From NCBI GenBank assembly GCA_040386115.1, contig JAZKGC010000086.1, positions 5,034-69,033 on the forward strand: a stretch of 64,000 nt of DNA, in the 5' to 3' direction. The notes below the pieces were generated by a model. The model searched no databases. It saw nothing but the letters and a program-made list of their open reading frames with translations, and was not told where the DNA came from. A program made the translations under genes and the position numbers. The DNA is from Pseudomonadota bacterium (lineage in GTDB: Bacteria > Pseudomonadota > Alphaproteobacteria > Rhizobiales > Xanthobacteraceae). Below, in pieces: positions 45,559 through 55,453 of the stretch; within the stretch, counting starts at the first letter, position 1; the number at the start of each line of letters is the position of its first letter.

Positions 45559-46848
45559 ATGACCGAGGCGAGAGCCGCAGACAAGACCGGGGCGGAGACA
45601 GCAACCGGCGACGCCGTGGCCGGGGGAAACGGCAAGGTCGGCGTCTATCTTGCGCTGCTCCAGTTGTTCTTCACGCTGGGCTGGACAATCTATGTGGTCT
45701 ATCTGCCCCAGCTTGCGGCCAAGGTGGGAATCCCGGCGAGCGCCGTCATTTTCATCCTGATGCTCGACCAGGCGATTTTCACCATCACCGATACGCTGAT
45801 GGGCATTGCAACCGACAGGATGACCCGCATCGCGGGTGTTCTCAGCCGCGTCGTCATCTGGCTCACGGTGGTGTCGTGCGCGGCGTTTCTGGCGCTGCCG
45901 TTCGTTGCCGAACTCGGTCCCGACGCGAAGGTAGCTCTGCTCACGCTCACGGTGATCTGGGTTGTGACGTCGTCGGCGCTTCGCGCGCCACCGCTGGCTT
46001 TGCTCGGCAAGTTCGCGGCGCGGCCCTCGATCCCGCTGCTGTCGTGTCTGGCGATGCTGGGCTATGGAATTGCTGGCGCGGTGTCGCCGTATCTGGGCGT
46101 GGCGCTCAGAAATCACGACCCGCGAATTCCCTTCGTGGTGTCGAGCGTCGTGCTGCTGCTGACGGCGCTGGCGATGTCGTGGATCGAACGGCGGCTGAGA
46201 TCCGGCAAGCTGGAAGCGCCCAAGCGGACGCCTATCACCGTGCCAAAATCCTGGGGCGTACTTGCGCTGATTTTCGTCGCCGCGATGCTGGTGCTGGCGA
46301 TCGGCTATCAACTGCATTTCAGCATCAATAGCGCGCCGCTGTTCCTGCGCTTCGCCAAGCAGCCCGATCTCGAATGGCTGATGCCGGTGTACTGGATCGG
46401 ATTCAATATCGCGATGTTTCCGGCGAGCTTCATCGTGCGGCGGCTGGGCGGGCTGCTGGTGATCGGCGGCGCTGCGCTGCTTGGGGCGGGCGCGGTTCTC
46501 GGCACCGAAAACGCCACCAGCCTGAACAGCATGATCGCGATGCAGTTCATGGCCGGTGCGGCGTGGGGCTGCATCCTGATGAGCGCGGTGGCGGCGGCGA
46601 TGGCGGTCGGCGGCGAGGGCGCGGAAGGCAAAATTCTCGGGCTGATGTTTTCCGCGATTGCGCTTGCGACCTTTACGCGAATGGCCGCCGTCGCGGGCGG
46701 GCTGACGAAAAACCCGGCCTATGAAGCGTTGCTGCAATGGACGCCGGTTATATGCTGGTCATTGGCTGGAGCGGCGCTGCTGGTCATCGCGGTGGTCCGG
46801 CTTCGCAAATGGCAGCAAGGCCAAGGCCCGGTGGAAAATCCCGTTTGA
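45559..46848 (+). CDS. MFS transporter
   Basis: About 12 hydrophobic segments in two halves, G.ATDR loop motif. Confidence 0.8.
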   Translation: MTEARAADKTGAETATGDAVAGGNGKVGVYLALLQLFFTLGWTIYVVYLPQLAAKVGIPASAVIFILMLDQAIFTITDTLMGIATDRMTRIAGVLSRVVIWLTVVSCAAFLALPFVAELGPDAKVALLTLTVIWVVTSSALRAPPLALLGKFAARPSIPLLSCLAMLGYGIAGAVSPYLGVALRNHDPRIPFVVSSVVLLLTALAMSWIERRLRSGKLEAPKRTPITVPKSWGVLALIFVAAMLVLAIGYQLHFSINSAPLFLRFAKQPDLEWLMPVYWIGFNIAMFPASFIVRRLGGLLVIGGAALLGAGAVLGTENATSLNSMIAMQFMAGAAWGCILMSAVAAAMAVGGEGAEGKILGLMFSAIALATFTRMAAVAGGLTKNPAYEALLQWTPVICWSLAGAALLVIAVVRLRKWQQGQGPVENPV

Positions 46849-46852
46849 CAAT

Positions 46853-46888
46853 GTCCACGCGGCTGGCTTGGTCCACGCGGCTGGCTTG
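46853..46888. repeat. Perfect 18-bp tandem duplication
   Basis: GTCCACGCGGCTGGCTTG x2. Confidence 0.85.
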
Positions 46889-46946
46889 CGGTCTCGTTCG
46901 CCAAATCTTGACTGGCGAAAGCCCGCCACGTCACCGAAGATGCCGC

Positions 46947-48446
46947 ATGATGGGCCGGATGACGTTTCACAATTTTCTCTGCGCGATGTTGCTGCCGGTG
47001 ACGCTGTGGGCGACCGCGGGTCACGGCGGAACGCACGAGCGGGGCGTGGCGATCACCGACCCGCTGACGCTGCGTGAACTCGATAGCGATAAGCTTAACC
47101 TCGGCCGCTTGCTGGGCGCAGGTCCGGACGCATCGGGTGCCGCGCTGTTCGCCCTGTCGTCAATGGTGTCTGCTCGCGCCGCCATCGGCCGCCAGTTGGA
47201 TCGTTACGCGTCGAATCATGCTGCGGCGCTTGCAGTTCCCACCGGCAGTGGCGCGCTTGCGAGACTCCAACTGCTCGACCGCGCTCCGCTTTATGCAAAC
47301 AGCACACGGTTTATGCTGGCGGGCATCGTCAATCGCATGGACCGCGCCTATGTGTCTCCACAGACATGTGGCGAGATCAGGCTGATCTACCGGCCTGTTG
47401 CGAATGGCGGGACCGCAGAGCCAACGCGGCTGCCGATGACTCTCAATCTTGTGATGAAGGCGAGTGTGGAGCGATCCGTTCAAACCAATTCCTGTTCCGG
47501 CACCGCCGGACGGTGGCTCGCGTCTGCCGACCTGCCGCTCACCGGCGCGGACCTTGCCGCGAAAATGACTGCTCAGGGCGGTTCTCTTGAACCGATGACG
47601 CCGCAGCACATCGACCGCATTGAAATCAACATTCAGGTCGCGCGGCTGTCACCGAATGCCAACGATTTCGAGGCCAGGGCGGATTACCTGATGATGGTCT
47701 TTCGCTACGATCCGCGACGAGAACGATTTGAAGAGTCGCCGCTGGAAAACCAGATCGACCGCGACAGGATTCTCGACGATGCGAAACTGGCCGCGGATTT
47801 CAGGCAATGGCTTTTTGAGCCCGGAAATCTTGAAGCTTTGGACCGTGGAACGGTGGTAATCCCGCCGCAGTTTCTCGCGATGAGCGCGATCAATCAAACA
47901 CCGTCAAGTCTTGAGGGCGATCACGGCGCGCGCGGGCTTGTGGCCGACAGGGAGGTTGTCGCAGCACTCGCCAATGCTGCCAGCGCGGGCATTGCGTTTG
48001 AAAACATTCTGTCTCCCGCTGGCTTCATGCGCCGTCTCAACGACATCACCTGCACCGGGTGTCACCAGACGCGCGGCATCGGCGGCTTTCACTTTCCCGG
48101 CGTCGATGCGTCAGGAAAAGCCGCGCCGGGTGCGGTTATCGCACCGGCCTCGCCGCATTTTTTTGGCGATCAGGAACGCCGCCGCGATATTCTCGCGGCA
48201 TTCCGCGACGGCAGGCCGCCGGATTTCGCGCGCGGGTTTTCCGCCCGGCCGCAGCCTCGCAGATCAAAGGAATTGGCAGGCACGACCTATGTGAACGGGT
48301 GGGGCGCGATGTGTTACCCGGCAGGCACGAATACTTCGCCCGATAGCAGCTTCGCGTCATGGACCTGCGCGGAAGGGCTGACATGCCAGGCCGCGCCCGG
48401 CGCAAGCTCATCGCGCGCCGGGTTCTGTTTCCCGAAAAACAACTAG
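46947..48446 (+). CDS. Secreted hypothetical protein with a single CxxCH heme-c motif and a Cys-rich tail
   Basis: Signal-like N-terminus (MTFHNFLCAMLLPVTLWATAGHG), CTGCH at 48051-48065, four C-terminal Cys; start is 46947, 46950 or 46959. Confidence 0.75.
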   Translation: MMGRMTFHNFLCAMLLPVTLWATAGHGGTHERGVAITDPLTLRELDSDKLNLGRLLGAGPDASGAALFALSSMVSARAAIGRQLDRYASNHAAALAVPTGSGALARLQLLDRAPLYANSTRFMLAGIVNRMDRAYVSPQTCGEIRLIYRPVANGGTAEPTRLPMTLNLVMKASVERSVQTNSCSGTAGRWLASADLPLTGADLAAKMTAQGGSLEPMTPQHIDRIEINIQVARLSPNANDFEARADYLMMVFRYDPRRERFEESPLENQIDRDRILDDAKLAADFRQWLFEPGNLEALDRGTVVIPPQFLAMSAINQTPSSLEGDHGARGLVADREVVAALANAASAGIAFENILSPAGFMRRLNDITCTGCHQTRGIGGFHFPGVDASGKAAPGAVIAPASPHFFGDQERRRDILAAFRDGRPPDFARGFSARPQPRRSKELAGTTYVNGWGAMCYPAGTNTSPDSSFASWTCAEGLTCQAAPGASSSRAGFCFPKNN

Positions 48447-48490
48447 CGAAGGCACCCATCCATCTTCGCTCGCCGGAATGAGCGGGGAAG

Positions 48491-49708
48491 CTACGCCACG
48501 ACCCCCGCCGCGCGCATCTTTGCAATCTCGGCTGATGTGAAGCCCGCGGCAGCCAGCACCTCGTCGCTATGCTGCCCCACACCCGGCGCCATGCGCGGCT
48601 GCACTTTCCTGGCACCCTCGATAAAGATCGGCGTATTGATGGTGCGCAAATCGCTGTCCTGAAACTGCACGACAGCTTCGGTCTCACGCATCTGCGGGTC
48701 GTCCGGAATGTCGGTGGAGATGCCGACGACGCCGAAAATCAATCCGTTGCCGTCGAGGGTCTTGCGCCAGTGAGCGAGGGGTTTTGTCGCGAACACCTGA
48801 TCGAGTATGGCGATCAGCGCCGGTGCATTCTTGTGCCGGACCGGCTTGGTCTCGAAGCGCGGATCGGCGGCAAGCTCCTCGCGGCCGATGACTTTCACAA
48901 ACACCGGCCATTGCTTTTCCTCGTTGAGCAACGAGAGGATAATCCAGCGCCCGTCGCTGCATTTGTAGTGGCAGGTCACGGCGTTCAGCGCCCTGTCGCG
49001 GGGCGGGCGCTTCTGGAACGTCGCGCCGCAAAGGGCAGCCTGCGCATAGATGCCGTTGGACCAGACGCCGTTGACCATCAGGTTCGACATCACCTGCGTG
49101 CCCTTGCCGGTGCGCTCGCGCTGATAAAGCGCGGTGACGATACCGGCGAACAGCGACATCGCGCAGGGGTGATCGCCCATGCCCGGCATCGATCGCGCGG
49201 GCGTGCTCTCGTCGGTCTCGCGCACGAGATCCATCAGGCCGGATCGCGCCCACCACGCATTGCTGTCGAAGCCGGGCTTGTCGGCTTCCGCGCCGGTTTC
49301 GCCGTAGCCCGTGAACGACGCGTAGATCATGCGGTCGTTGAGCGGCGCGAGGTCTTTATAAGTGACGCCGAGCTTCTTGCGGACGGTGGGCGGAAAGTTC
49401 GTGATGAACACGTCGGCCTCGGCGGCGAGCTTGCGCAGAACGGCCTGGCCCTCGGGCTTGCTGAGATCCAGCGCGAGGCTCTTCTTGTTGCGGCCCTCAA
49501 GCATCCAGGCGTAATTGTGCGGGCTGATCGGATACCCCGGCAGGTTCGGGAGGTTGCGGACGGGGTCGCCCGCGCCGGGCGGTTCGATCTTGATGACGTC
49601 GGCCCCGAAGTCGGACAGCGCGGTCGCGGATGAGGGCGCAGCGATAAAACTGGCGCAGTCGATGACCTTGAGCCCTTCGAAGATTCCTTGAGCCACGCGT
49701 TTCTCCAT
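48491..49708 (-). CDS. Class III (CaiB/BaiF) CoA transferase
   Basis: GADVIKIEPP..GD, RNKKSLALDL, TGYGETG, catalytic Asp in GMGDH. Confidence 0.9.
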   Translation of the reverse strand: MEKRVAQGIFEGLKVIDCASFIAAPSSATALSDFGADVIKIEPPGAGDPVRNLPNLPGYPISPHNYAWMLEGRNKKSLALDLSKPEGQAVLRKLAAEADVFITNFPPTVRKKLGVTYKDLAPLNDRMIYASFTGYGETGAEADKPGFDSNAWWARSGLMDLVRETDESTPARSMPGMGDHPCAMSLFAGIVTALYQRERTGKGTQVMSNLMVNGVWSNGIYAQAALCGATFQKRPPRDRALNAVTCHYKCSDGRWIILSLLNEEKQWPVFVKVIGREELAADPRFETKPVRHKNAPALIAILDQVFATKPLAHWRKTLDGNGLIFGVVGISTDIPDDPQMRETEAVVQFQDSDLRTINTPIFIEGARKVQPRMAPGVGQHSDEVLAAAGFTSAEIAKMRAAGVVA

Positions 49709-49745
49709 TTTTTATTGTTTCTCGACCGATCGTTCCACTTTCCCA

Positions 49746-49778
49746 GACGTGGATGGCCGGGACAAGCCCGGCCAAGAC
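49746..49778. repeat. REP family B copy 1
   Basis: GACGTGGATGGCCGGG-acaag-CCCGGCCAAGAC. Confidence 0.75.
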
Positions 49779-49803
49779 ATCAAAGGATTGTTTCAGCTCG
49801 GGA

Positions 49804-51036
49804 TCAGTCGTTTTTGCGCTCGTCCGAGATCACCTTGCCATCGTTCGGCAACGATCCGGGCGTAACCAGACTGACATTGCCCTGCAGCTTTGTCACGGTG
49901 CGCAGGGTGGACATCACGGCTTCCTTCAACGCATGGTCGCCAGACGAACTTTCCGCCGACAGCGTCATGACGTCGATTTCCTTGTCGCGCGTGACGACAA
50001 GGCGCAGCCGCTCGAGTTCGGGATGCCGCTTGCCGATTTCGGAGATTTGCTCGGGGCGCACGAACATGCCCTTTACTTTAGTTGTTTGGTCGGCGCGACC
50101 CATCCAGCCCTTGATCCGCGTATTGGTGCGGCCGCAAGGGCTTTGGCTTGAGAGGATTGCGCTGAGGTCGCCGAGCGCCAGGCGAATCCACGGGATCTGC
50201 GGATTGAGCGAGGTGACGACGATCTCGCCGACGTCACCGTTAGGCGCGGGCTCATTGGTGCCAGGCCGCACGATCTCGAGAATCAGGTCTTCATTGACGA
50301 TCAGGCCTTCGCGTGCGGCGGTCTCATAGGCGATGAAGCCGAATTCGGCGGCGGCATAGGTCTGATAGGCGTCGATGCCGCGCGATTTCATTTCGTCCTG
50401 CAGCGATTTTGGAAACGCCGCGCCGGACACCAGCGCGCGCTTGATCGAGGACACGTCGCGTCCCGCGGTCTTGCCCGCGTCGAGCAGGATTTTCAGAAAG
50501 TCCGGCGTGCCGGTATAGGCGACGGGGCGATAGGATTCGATCAGTTCGAATTGCTGCTCGGTGTTGCCGGGGCCGGCGGGGATGACGGCGCAGCCCAGCG
50601 CGCGCGCGGCCGAGTCGAAGATGAATCCGCCCGGCGTAAGATGATAGCTGAACGTGTTGAGCACCACGTCGCCGGGGCGGAAGCCTGCGCCGAACAGCGC
50701 GCGCGCGCCGCGCCACGGATCGGCATGTGCGGATTCCGGCTCAAAAATAGGTCCGGGCGATGTGAACAGATGCGAGAACGATCCCGGCGGCGTGGCGATG
50801 AAGTCGCCGAAGGGCAGAGATGCCTTTTGCAGCGCCGGCAGATCGGATTTTCGCAGCACCGGCAATCTCGCCAGCGCAGCGCGGCTTGTGATCGCGGCGG
50901 GATCGATGCCCTTGAAACGCGCGGCATGACCCGGTGCCGCCATCGCGGCGCGCAGCACGTCCGGCAGCCGCTTGAATGTATCGGCGTCGCGCTCCGACGG
51001 CGCACGCGTTTCGAGAGCGTCGTAGTGTTGGGTCAT
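49804..51036 (-). CDS. Phenylacetate-CoA ligase (PaaK)-family protein with an atypical P-loop
   Basis: NTFSYHLTPGG, PAGPGNT, YTGTPDFL, GEIVVT, GRADQTTKVKGMFVRP; FTSPGP in place of TSGTTG. Confidence 0.8.
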   Translation of the reverse strand: MTQHYDALETRAPSERDADTFKRLPDVLRAAMAAPGHAARFKGIDPAAITSRAALARLPVLRKSDLPALQKASLPFGDFIATPPGSFSHLFTSPGPIFEPESAHADPWRGARALFGAGFRPGDVVLNTFSYHLTPGGFIFDSAARALGCAVIPAGPGNTEQQFELIESYRPVAYTGTPDFLKILLDAGKTAGRDVSSIKRALVSGAAFPKSLQDEMKSRGIDAYQTYAAAEFGFIAYETAAREGLIVNEDLILEIVRPGTNEPAPNGDVGEIVVTSLNPQIPWIRLALGDLSAILSSQSPCGRTNTRIKGWMGRADQTTKVKGMFVRPEQISEIGKRHPELERLRLVVTRDKEIDVMTLSAESSSGDHALKEAVMSTLRTVTKLQGNVSLVTPGSLPNDGKVISDERKND

Positions 51037-51057
51037 GGACAGTTCTCAGTTCTGTGT

Positions 51058-51136
51058 CGTCATGGCCGGGCCTGTTCCACGTCTTGCTTTTGTTTTCGTT
51101 CAGACGTGGATGCCCGCCACAAGGCCGGGCATGACG
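51058..51136. repeat. REP family B copy 2 (partly deleted inverted pair)
   Basis: CGTCATGGCCGGGC..TCCACGTCT...AGACGTGGATGCCCGCCACAAGGCCGGGCATGACG. Confidence 0.72.
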
Positions 51137-51143
51137 GAAATGG

Positions 51144-51986
51144 TTACAGCCACCGCTTCCTGCGCTTGAAGCTCTTGAGATTCTTGAAGCTCTTGCGCTG
51201 GTCGCCTGCGCCGCCGAGATAGAATTCCTTGACGTCCTCGTTGTCGCGCAACTCCTCGGCGGTGCCGTCGAGCACGACCTTGCCCTGCTCCATGATGTAG
51301 CCATGGCTCGCAACCGACAGCGCTGCGCGCGCGTTCTGTTCCACCAGCAGAATGGTGACGCCAAGATCGCGGTTGATTTGTTTAATGATGCCGAACACCT
51401 CTTTCACGAGCAGCGGCGAGAGGCCCATCGACGGCTCATCCATCAGGATCATCTTCGGTCGCGCCATCATCGCGCGGCCGATCGCCAGCATCTGCTGCTC
51501 GCCGCCGGAGAGATAGCCGGACAGCCCGGTGCGTTCCTTGAGGCGCGGGAAATAGTTAAACACCATGTCGATGTCGTCGTTTACGTTCTTGTCGCTGCGC
51601 GTGTATGCGCCGAGCCGAAGGTTTTCAATCGCCGTCATGTCGGAGATGATCCGGCGGCCTTCCATGACCTGAAAGATTCCCCGGCGCACGATCTTGTCGG
51701 CGTCGATGCCGTTGATGCGTTCGCCGTCGAACACGATCTCGCCGCGGGTGACTTCGCCGTCCTCGGTCTTGAGCAATCCTGAAATCGCCTTCAGCGTGGT
51801 GGACTTCCCCGCGCCATTGGCACCGAGCAGAGCGACAATCGCGCCTTTTGGCACATCCATGCTCAATCCGCGCAGCACGAGGATCACGTTGTCATAGACG
51901 ACTTCGATATTGCGCACGGCGAGCAACGGCGCAGTTATCGCTGCGGGGGCGGGCTTTACAGAACCGGGTTCGATCGTTGTTGTCAT
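51144..51986 (-). CDS. Liv-type ABC ATPase, LivF-like, with a basic C-terminal tail
   Basis: GANGAGKS, LSGGEQQM, MDEPSMGL; tail KSFKRRKRWL. Confidence 0.9.
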   Translation of the reverse strand: MTTTIEPGSVKPAPAAITAPLLAVRNIEVVYDNVILVLRGLSMDVPKGAIVALLGANGAGKSTTLKAISGLLKTEDGEVTRGEIVFDGERINGIDADKIVRRGIFQVMEGRRIISDMTAIENLRLGAYTRSDKNVNDDIDMVFNYFPRLKERTGLSGYLSGGEQQMLAIGRAMMARPKMILMDEPSMGLSPLLVKEVFGIIKQINRDLGVTILLVEQNARAALSVASHGYIMEQGKVVLDGTAEELRDNEDVKEFYLGGAGDQRKSFKNLKSFKRRKRWL

Positions 51987-52012
51987 ATCGTGTCGATCAT
52001 TTCGGTTTCGAT

Positions 52013-52094
52013 GTCATTGCCGGGCTTGCCCCGGCAATCCATCTTGAGTGCGTTTCAGAAGAAGATGGATGCGCGGGTCAAGCCCGCGCATGAC
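52013..52094. repeat. REP family B copy 3 (inverted pair)
   Basis: GTCATTGCCGGGCTTGCCCCGGCAATCCATCTT...AAGATGGATGCGCGGGTCAAGCCCGCGCATGAC. Confidence 0.78.
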
Positions 52095-52112
52095 GCTTCG
52101 TGCATGGCCAAG

Positions 52113-52137
52113 CCTCTCCCCGCAAGGCGGGGAGAGG
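52113..52137. repeat. REP family C hairpin (CCTCTCCC type)
   Basis: CCTCTCCCCGC-aag-GCGGGGAGAGG, perfect stem just after the SBP stop. Confidence 0.7.
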
Positions 52138-52146
52138 GAGCAGAGT

Positions 52147-53427
52147 TTACCAGCCGAGCCAGTCGGCCTTGCGCGGCAGATCGACGGTCTTCACTTTCTC
52201 AAGCTTGACTGTACCGTTCTTTACAAGATCGGCGACTGGAGCGTCGGTCGCGCCGGACACCTTCATGCGATAGATATCGACCTTGAGCGTCGGACGATGA
52301 TCCTTGTCGGTCCAGGTCGATGGATTGCAGACACCTTCCATTCCGGCCGGCACCCAATCCTTTTTCTGGTAAAAGGCCTTCTTGACGTTTTCGCCAGCTG
52401 CGCCGCCGTTCTTGGCAGCCCACTCGGCGGCTTCCTTCAGGTACAGCGCGGTGCAGACGCCCGCGACGTAGTGCACGGGCCGATAGGCCGTGCCTGCGGA
52501 GTCCGACATCTTGGAGATGTCCTGAACCATCTTCATGCCGGGTGCGCTACCGCCCCACGCCACTGCGGTGCGCAGCGGGAACACGACGCCGTCCGCCGCG
52601 GCGCCAGCGGCCTTGGCGGCGTTCTCGTCCATGCCCCAGACGTTGCCCATGAACTGCGCGTCAACACCTGCGGCCTTGCACGCATTCAGCACCGAAATGT
52701 TGGAGCCGGCGGTATTGCCCAGATAAGCGTAGTTCGCGCCGGAGCTTTTCAGGGTCAGACACTGCGCGCTGTAGTCGCCGGGCGTCAGCGCGAACACGAT
52801 CGCCGGGAGCACCTCGAAGCCGAGTTCTGCGGCGAGCGCCTCACCGGCAGCCTTCGGTGCGTTCGGATATGGATGGTTCGCACCCATGTGAACGTATTTC
52901 GGCTTGCCCGGCTTGCCCTTGGCCTTCCAGTCGTCCGCAGCCCAGGTGATCATGCCGCGCAGCGCGTCCGAGTAGCTCGGACCGTAGAAGAAATTATAGG
53001 GTGCGGCCTTGCCCTTGCCGCCAGCGCCGGTCGGGTCGGACAACGCTCCGGCATAGGAGCCTGACACGTAAGGGATCTTGTCTTCGGCCACGAAGCCGGT
53101 GAGGGCTTCCGTATCGGCCGTGCCCCATCCGAGAATGGCTGAGACCTTTTCGCTGCCGGACCACTTCTTGTACTGCGCGATCGCGCGCGGCACCTGATAG
53201 CCGTAATCGACAGTATCGATTTTCACCGGCTTGCCGTCGATGCCGCCATTCTTGTTCACATAGGCGAACGCATCAGCAACGCCCTGTCCGAACGGCGTAC
53301 CCACGTCCGACGTCGGGCCTGAATAATCGGCGAGGTGGCCGAGCGAGACCTGCGCCTGCGCGACACCTGCAGTGCCGCCGAGCAGCAGGGCAAGTGACGC
53401 CGTACTCAATAGTTTCGTCATGGTCAT
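52147..53427 (-). CDS. Liv-type ABC substrate-binding protein
   Basis: Signal peptide (..AQA), DYSGPTS, VNKNGGIDG; ATG 53427 with GGAGGA RBS. Confidence 0.9.
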   Translation of the reverse strand: MTMTKLLSTASLALLLGGTAGVAQAQVSLGHLADYSGPTSDVGTPFGQGVADAFAYVNKNGGIDGKPVKIDTVDYGYQVPRAIAQYKKWSGSEKVSAILGWGTADTEALTGFVAEDKIPYVSGSYAGALSDPTGAGGKGKAAPYNFFYGPSYSDALRGMITWAADDWKAKGKPGKPKYVHMGANHPYPNAPKAAGEALAAELGFEVLPAIVFALTPGDYSAQCLTLKSSGANYAYLGNTAGSNISVLNACKAAGVDAQFMGNVWGMDENAAKAAGAAADGVVFPLRTAVAWGGSAPGMKMVQDISKMSDSAGTAYRPVHYVAGVCTALYLKEAAEWAAKNGGAAGENVKKAFYQKKDWVPAGMEGVCNPSTWTDKDHRPTLKVDIYRMKVSGATDAPVADLVKNGTVKLEKVKTVDLPRKADWLGW

Positions 53428-53483
53428 TAGCGTAATCCTCCGGTTTCCTCTCGAGGTCTTCTTGTTTTGATCCCGTTCCGACC

Positions 53484-54557
53484 TCAATGCGAGAACGGGT
53501 AGAGTTTCCAGTAAGCCTTGATCTGTCGCCACCGATGGGCCAGCCCATCCGGCTCAAAAATCAGAAAGATAATAATGATGACGCCGATGGCCATCTCGCG
53601 CAAGAAGGCGATGTTGTTCTTCAATCCCAGAACCTGATCGATGGCGCTGCCGCTGAGTGCAGCGCTGAGCCATTCCATCGACTCCGGCAGCAGCACCATG
53701 AACGTCGTGCCCATCAGCGTGCCCATGATCGAACCGATGCCGCCAATGATAATCATTGCCAAGAAGATGATCGATCGGTCGATGCCGAAGCCTTCGTTGG
53801 AGACGACCTGATTGTAGTGCGCGTACAGCGCGCCGCCGACGCCGGCAAAGAACGCCGCGAGCCCGAACGACAGCGTGCGGTACTTCGTAAGATTGATGCC
53901 CATGATTTCTGCGGACAGGTAATGGTCACGCACCGCCACCAGCGCGCGTCCGTCGCGCGTCCGCATCAGGTTGGTCACGAGGAGATAGCAGACGATCACG
54001 TAAGCCAGTACGACGTAGAAATACTGCCGGTCGCCGCGCAGCGTTTTGCCGAAGATCGAGAACGGGTCCGCGTGCGCGGGGACGGTACCGCCCGTAAACC
54101 ATTCGGCACGCGAGAAGAAGTCGAGCAAGATGAACTGCGCGGCCAATGTCGCGATGGCAAGGTAAAGTCCTTTGAGCCGCGCGGCGGGAAGGCCGAAGAT
54201 GAGGCCGACGGCCGCGGTCACGATGCCCGCGAGGGGAATGGCAAAGAACACCGGCACGCCGAGCTTGCCCGACACATAGGCCGACGTGAACGCGCCGAAA
54301 CCGAAGAACGCCGCATGGCCAATGGAAATCTGGCCGGTGAAGCCGACGACGATATTGAGGCCGAGCGCCGCGATGCCGAAGATACCGATCTGGATCAGAA
54401 GACTGAGGGCATACTCGTTGACCACATAAGGCGCGAAACAAAACAGGACGATGCTCACGATCATCGCATTGCGGCTGGTCGTGGTCGGGAACACGGTGGT
54501 GTCCGCCGCATAGGTGGTGCGGTAGTCGCCTGCCGGAAGAATGGTATGGCCTGCCAT
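53484..54557 (-). CDS. Liv-type ABC permease, LivM-like
   Basis: GQISIGHAAF, RLKGLYLAIATLA, GRALVAVRD; ATG at 54557. Confidence 0.9.
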   Translation of the reverse strand: MAGHTILPAGDYRTTYAADTTVFPTTTSRNAMIVSIVLFCFAPYVVNEYALSLLIQIGIFGIAALGLNIVVGFTGQISIGHAAFFGFGAFTSAYVSGKLGVPVFFAIPLAGIVTAAVGLIFGLPAARLKGLYLAIATLAAQFILLDFFSRAEWFTGGTVPAHADPFSIFGKTLRGDRQYFYVVLAYVIVCYLLVTNLMRTRDGRALVAVRDHYLSAEIMGINLTKYRTLSFGLAAFFAGVGGALYAHYNQVVSNEGFGIDRSIIFLAMIIIGGIGSIMGTLMGTTFMVLLPESMEWLSAALSGSAIDQVLGLKNNIAFLREMAIGVIIIIFLIFEPDGLAHRWRQIKAYWKLYPFSH

Positions 54558-54559
54558 GA

Positions 54560-55453
54560 TTATACCCGCTCGATGTCTTTGGTGCCGAACAGGCCGTAAG
54601 GCTTGATCATGAGAATGATAATGAGCGCATAGAACGGCGCGATCTCGAACAGGTTGCCCCAGTGCAGATACTCGCTGTCCACGAAGTGCGCGAGATTTTC
54701 CAGAAGCCCGATAATGATGCCGCCGAGCACTGCGCCGCCGACGCTGTCGAGGCCGCCGAGGATGGCCGCGGGGAAGACCTTGATGCCGTAAGCCGACAGG
54801 CCTGCCGACACGCCATTGACCACGGCAACCACGACGCCCGCCACCGCGGACACCGTCGCTGAAATCGCCCACGCCATCGCGAACACGCTTTTCACCGAAA
54901 TGCCGAGCGATTGCGCGACCTGCTGGTTGAACGCGGTCGCGCGCATGGCGAGGCCGTATTTCGAGACCTTAAAGAACCATGCCATGCCGGCCATCATCGC
55001 CACCGACACAGCGAGGCTGAGGATATAGACGGTCTGGACCTGAAGCCCGAAGATATTCACCAACTGCGTGTTGAAGATTCGCGGGAACGGCTGGAGGTTG
55101 ACGCCAAAGATCCATTTCATCAGCGCCGAGAACACCGTGGACAGCGCAATCGTCACCATGATGACCGAGATGATCGGCTCGCCGATCATCGGGCGCAGGA
55201 TCACGAGCTGGATCGCGATGCCGAAGGTAAACATGAACACCAGCGTGATCGGCATGCCGATCCAGAACGGCACCTGGTACTTCGTCAGCAGAAACCAGCA
55301 CACCCACGCGCCGACCAGCAGCAATTCGCCCTGTGCGAAATTCACCACCTGCGTCGCCTTGTAGATCAGCACGAACGACATCGCGACCACACCGTACAGC
55401 GTGCCGACGACAAGGCCGTTGATGAGGAGTTGAATCAGAAGCTGGGTGTTCAC
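54560..55453 (-). CDS. Liv-type ABC permease, LivH-like
   Basis: YKATQVVNFAQG, AAILGGLDS, KPYGLFG. Confidence 0.9.
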   Translation of the reverse strand: MNTQLLIQLLINGLVVGTLYGVVAMSFVLIYKATQVVNFAQGELLLVGAWVCWFLLTKYQVPFWIGMPITLVFMFTFGIAIQLVILRPMIGEPIISVIMVTIALSTVFSALMKWIFGVNLQPFPRIFNTQLVNIFGLQVQTVYILSLAVSVAMMAGMAWFFKVSKYGLAMRATAFNQQVAQSLGISVKSVFAMAWAISATVSAVAGVVVAVVNGVSAGLSAYGIKVFPAAILGGLDSVGGAVLGGIIIGLLENLAHFVDSEYLHWGNLFEIAPFYALIIILMIKPYGLFGTKDIERV

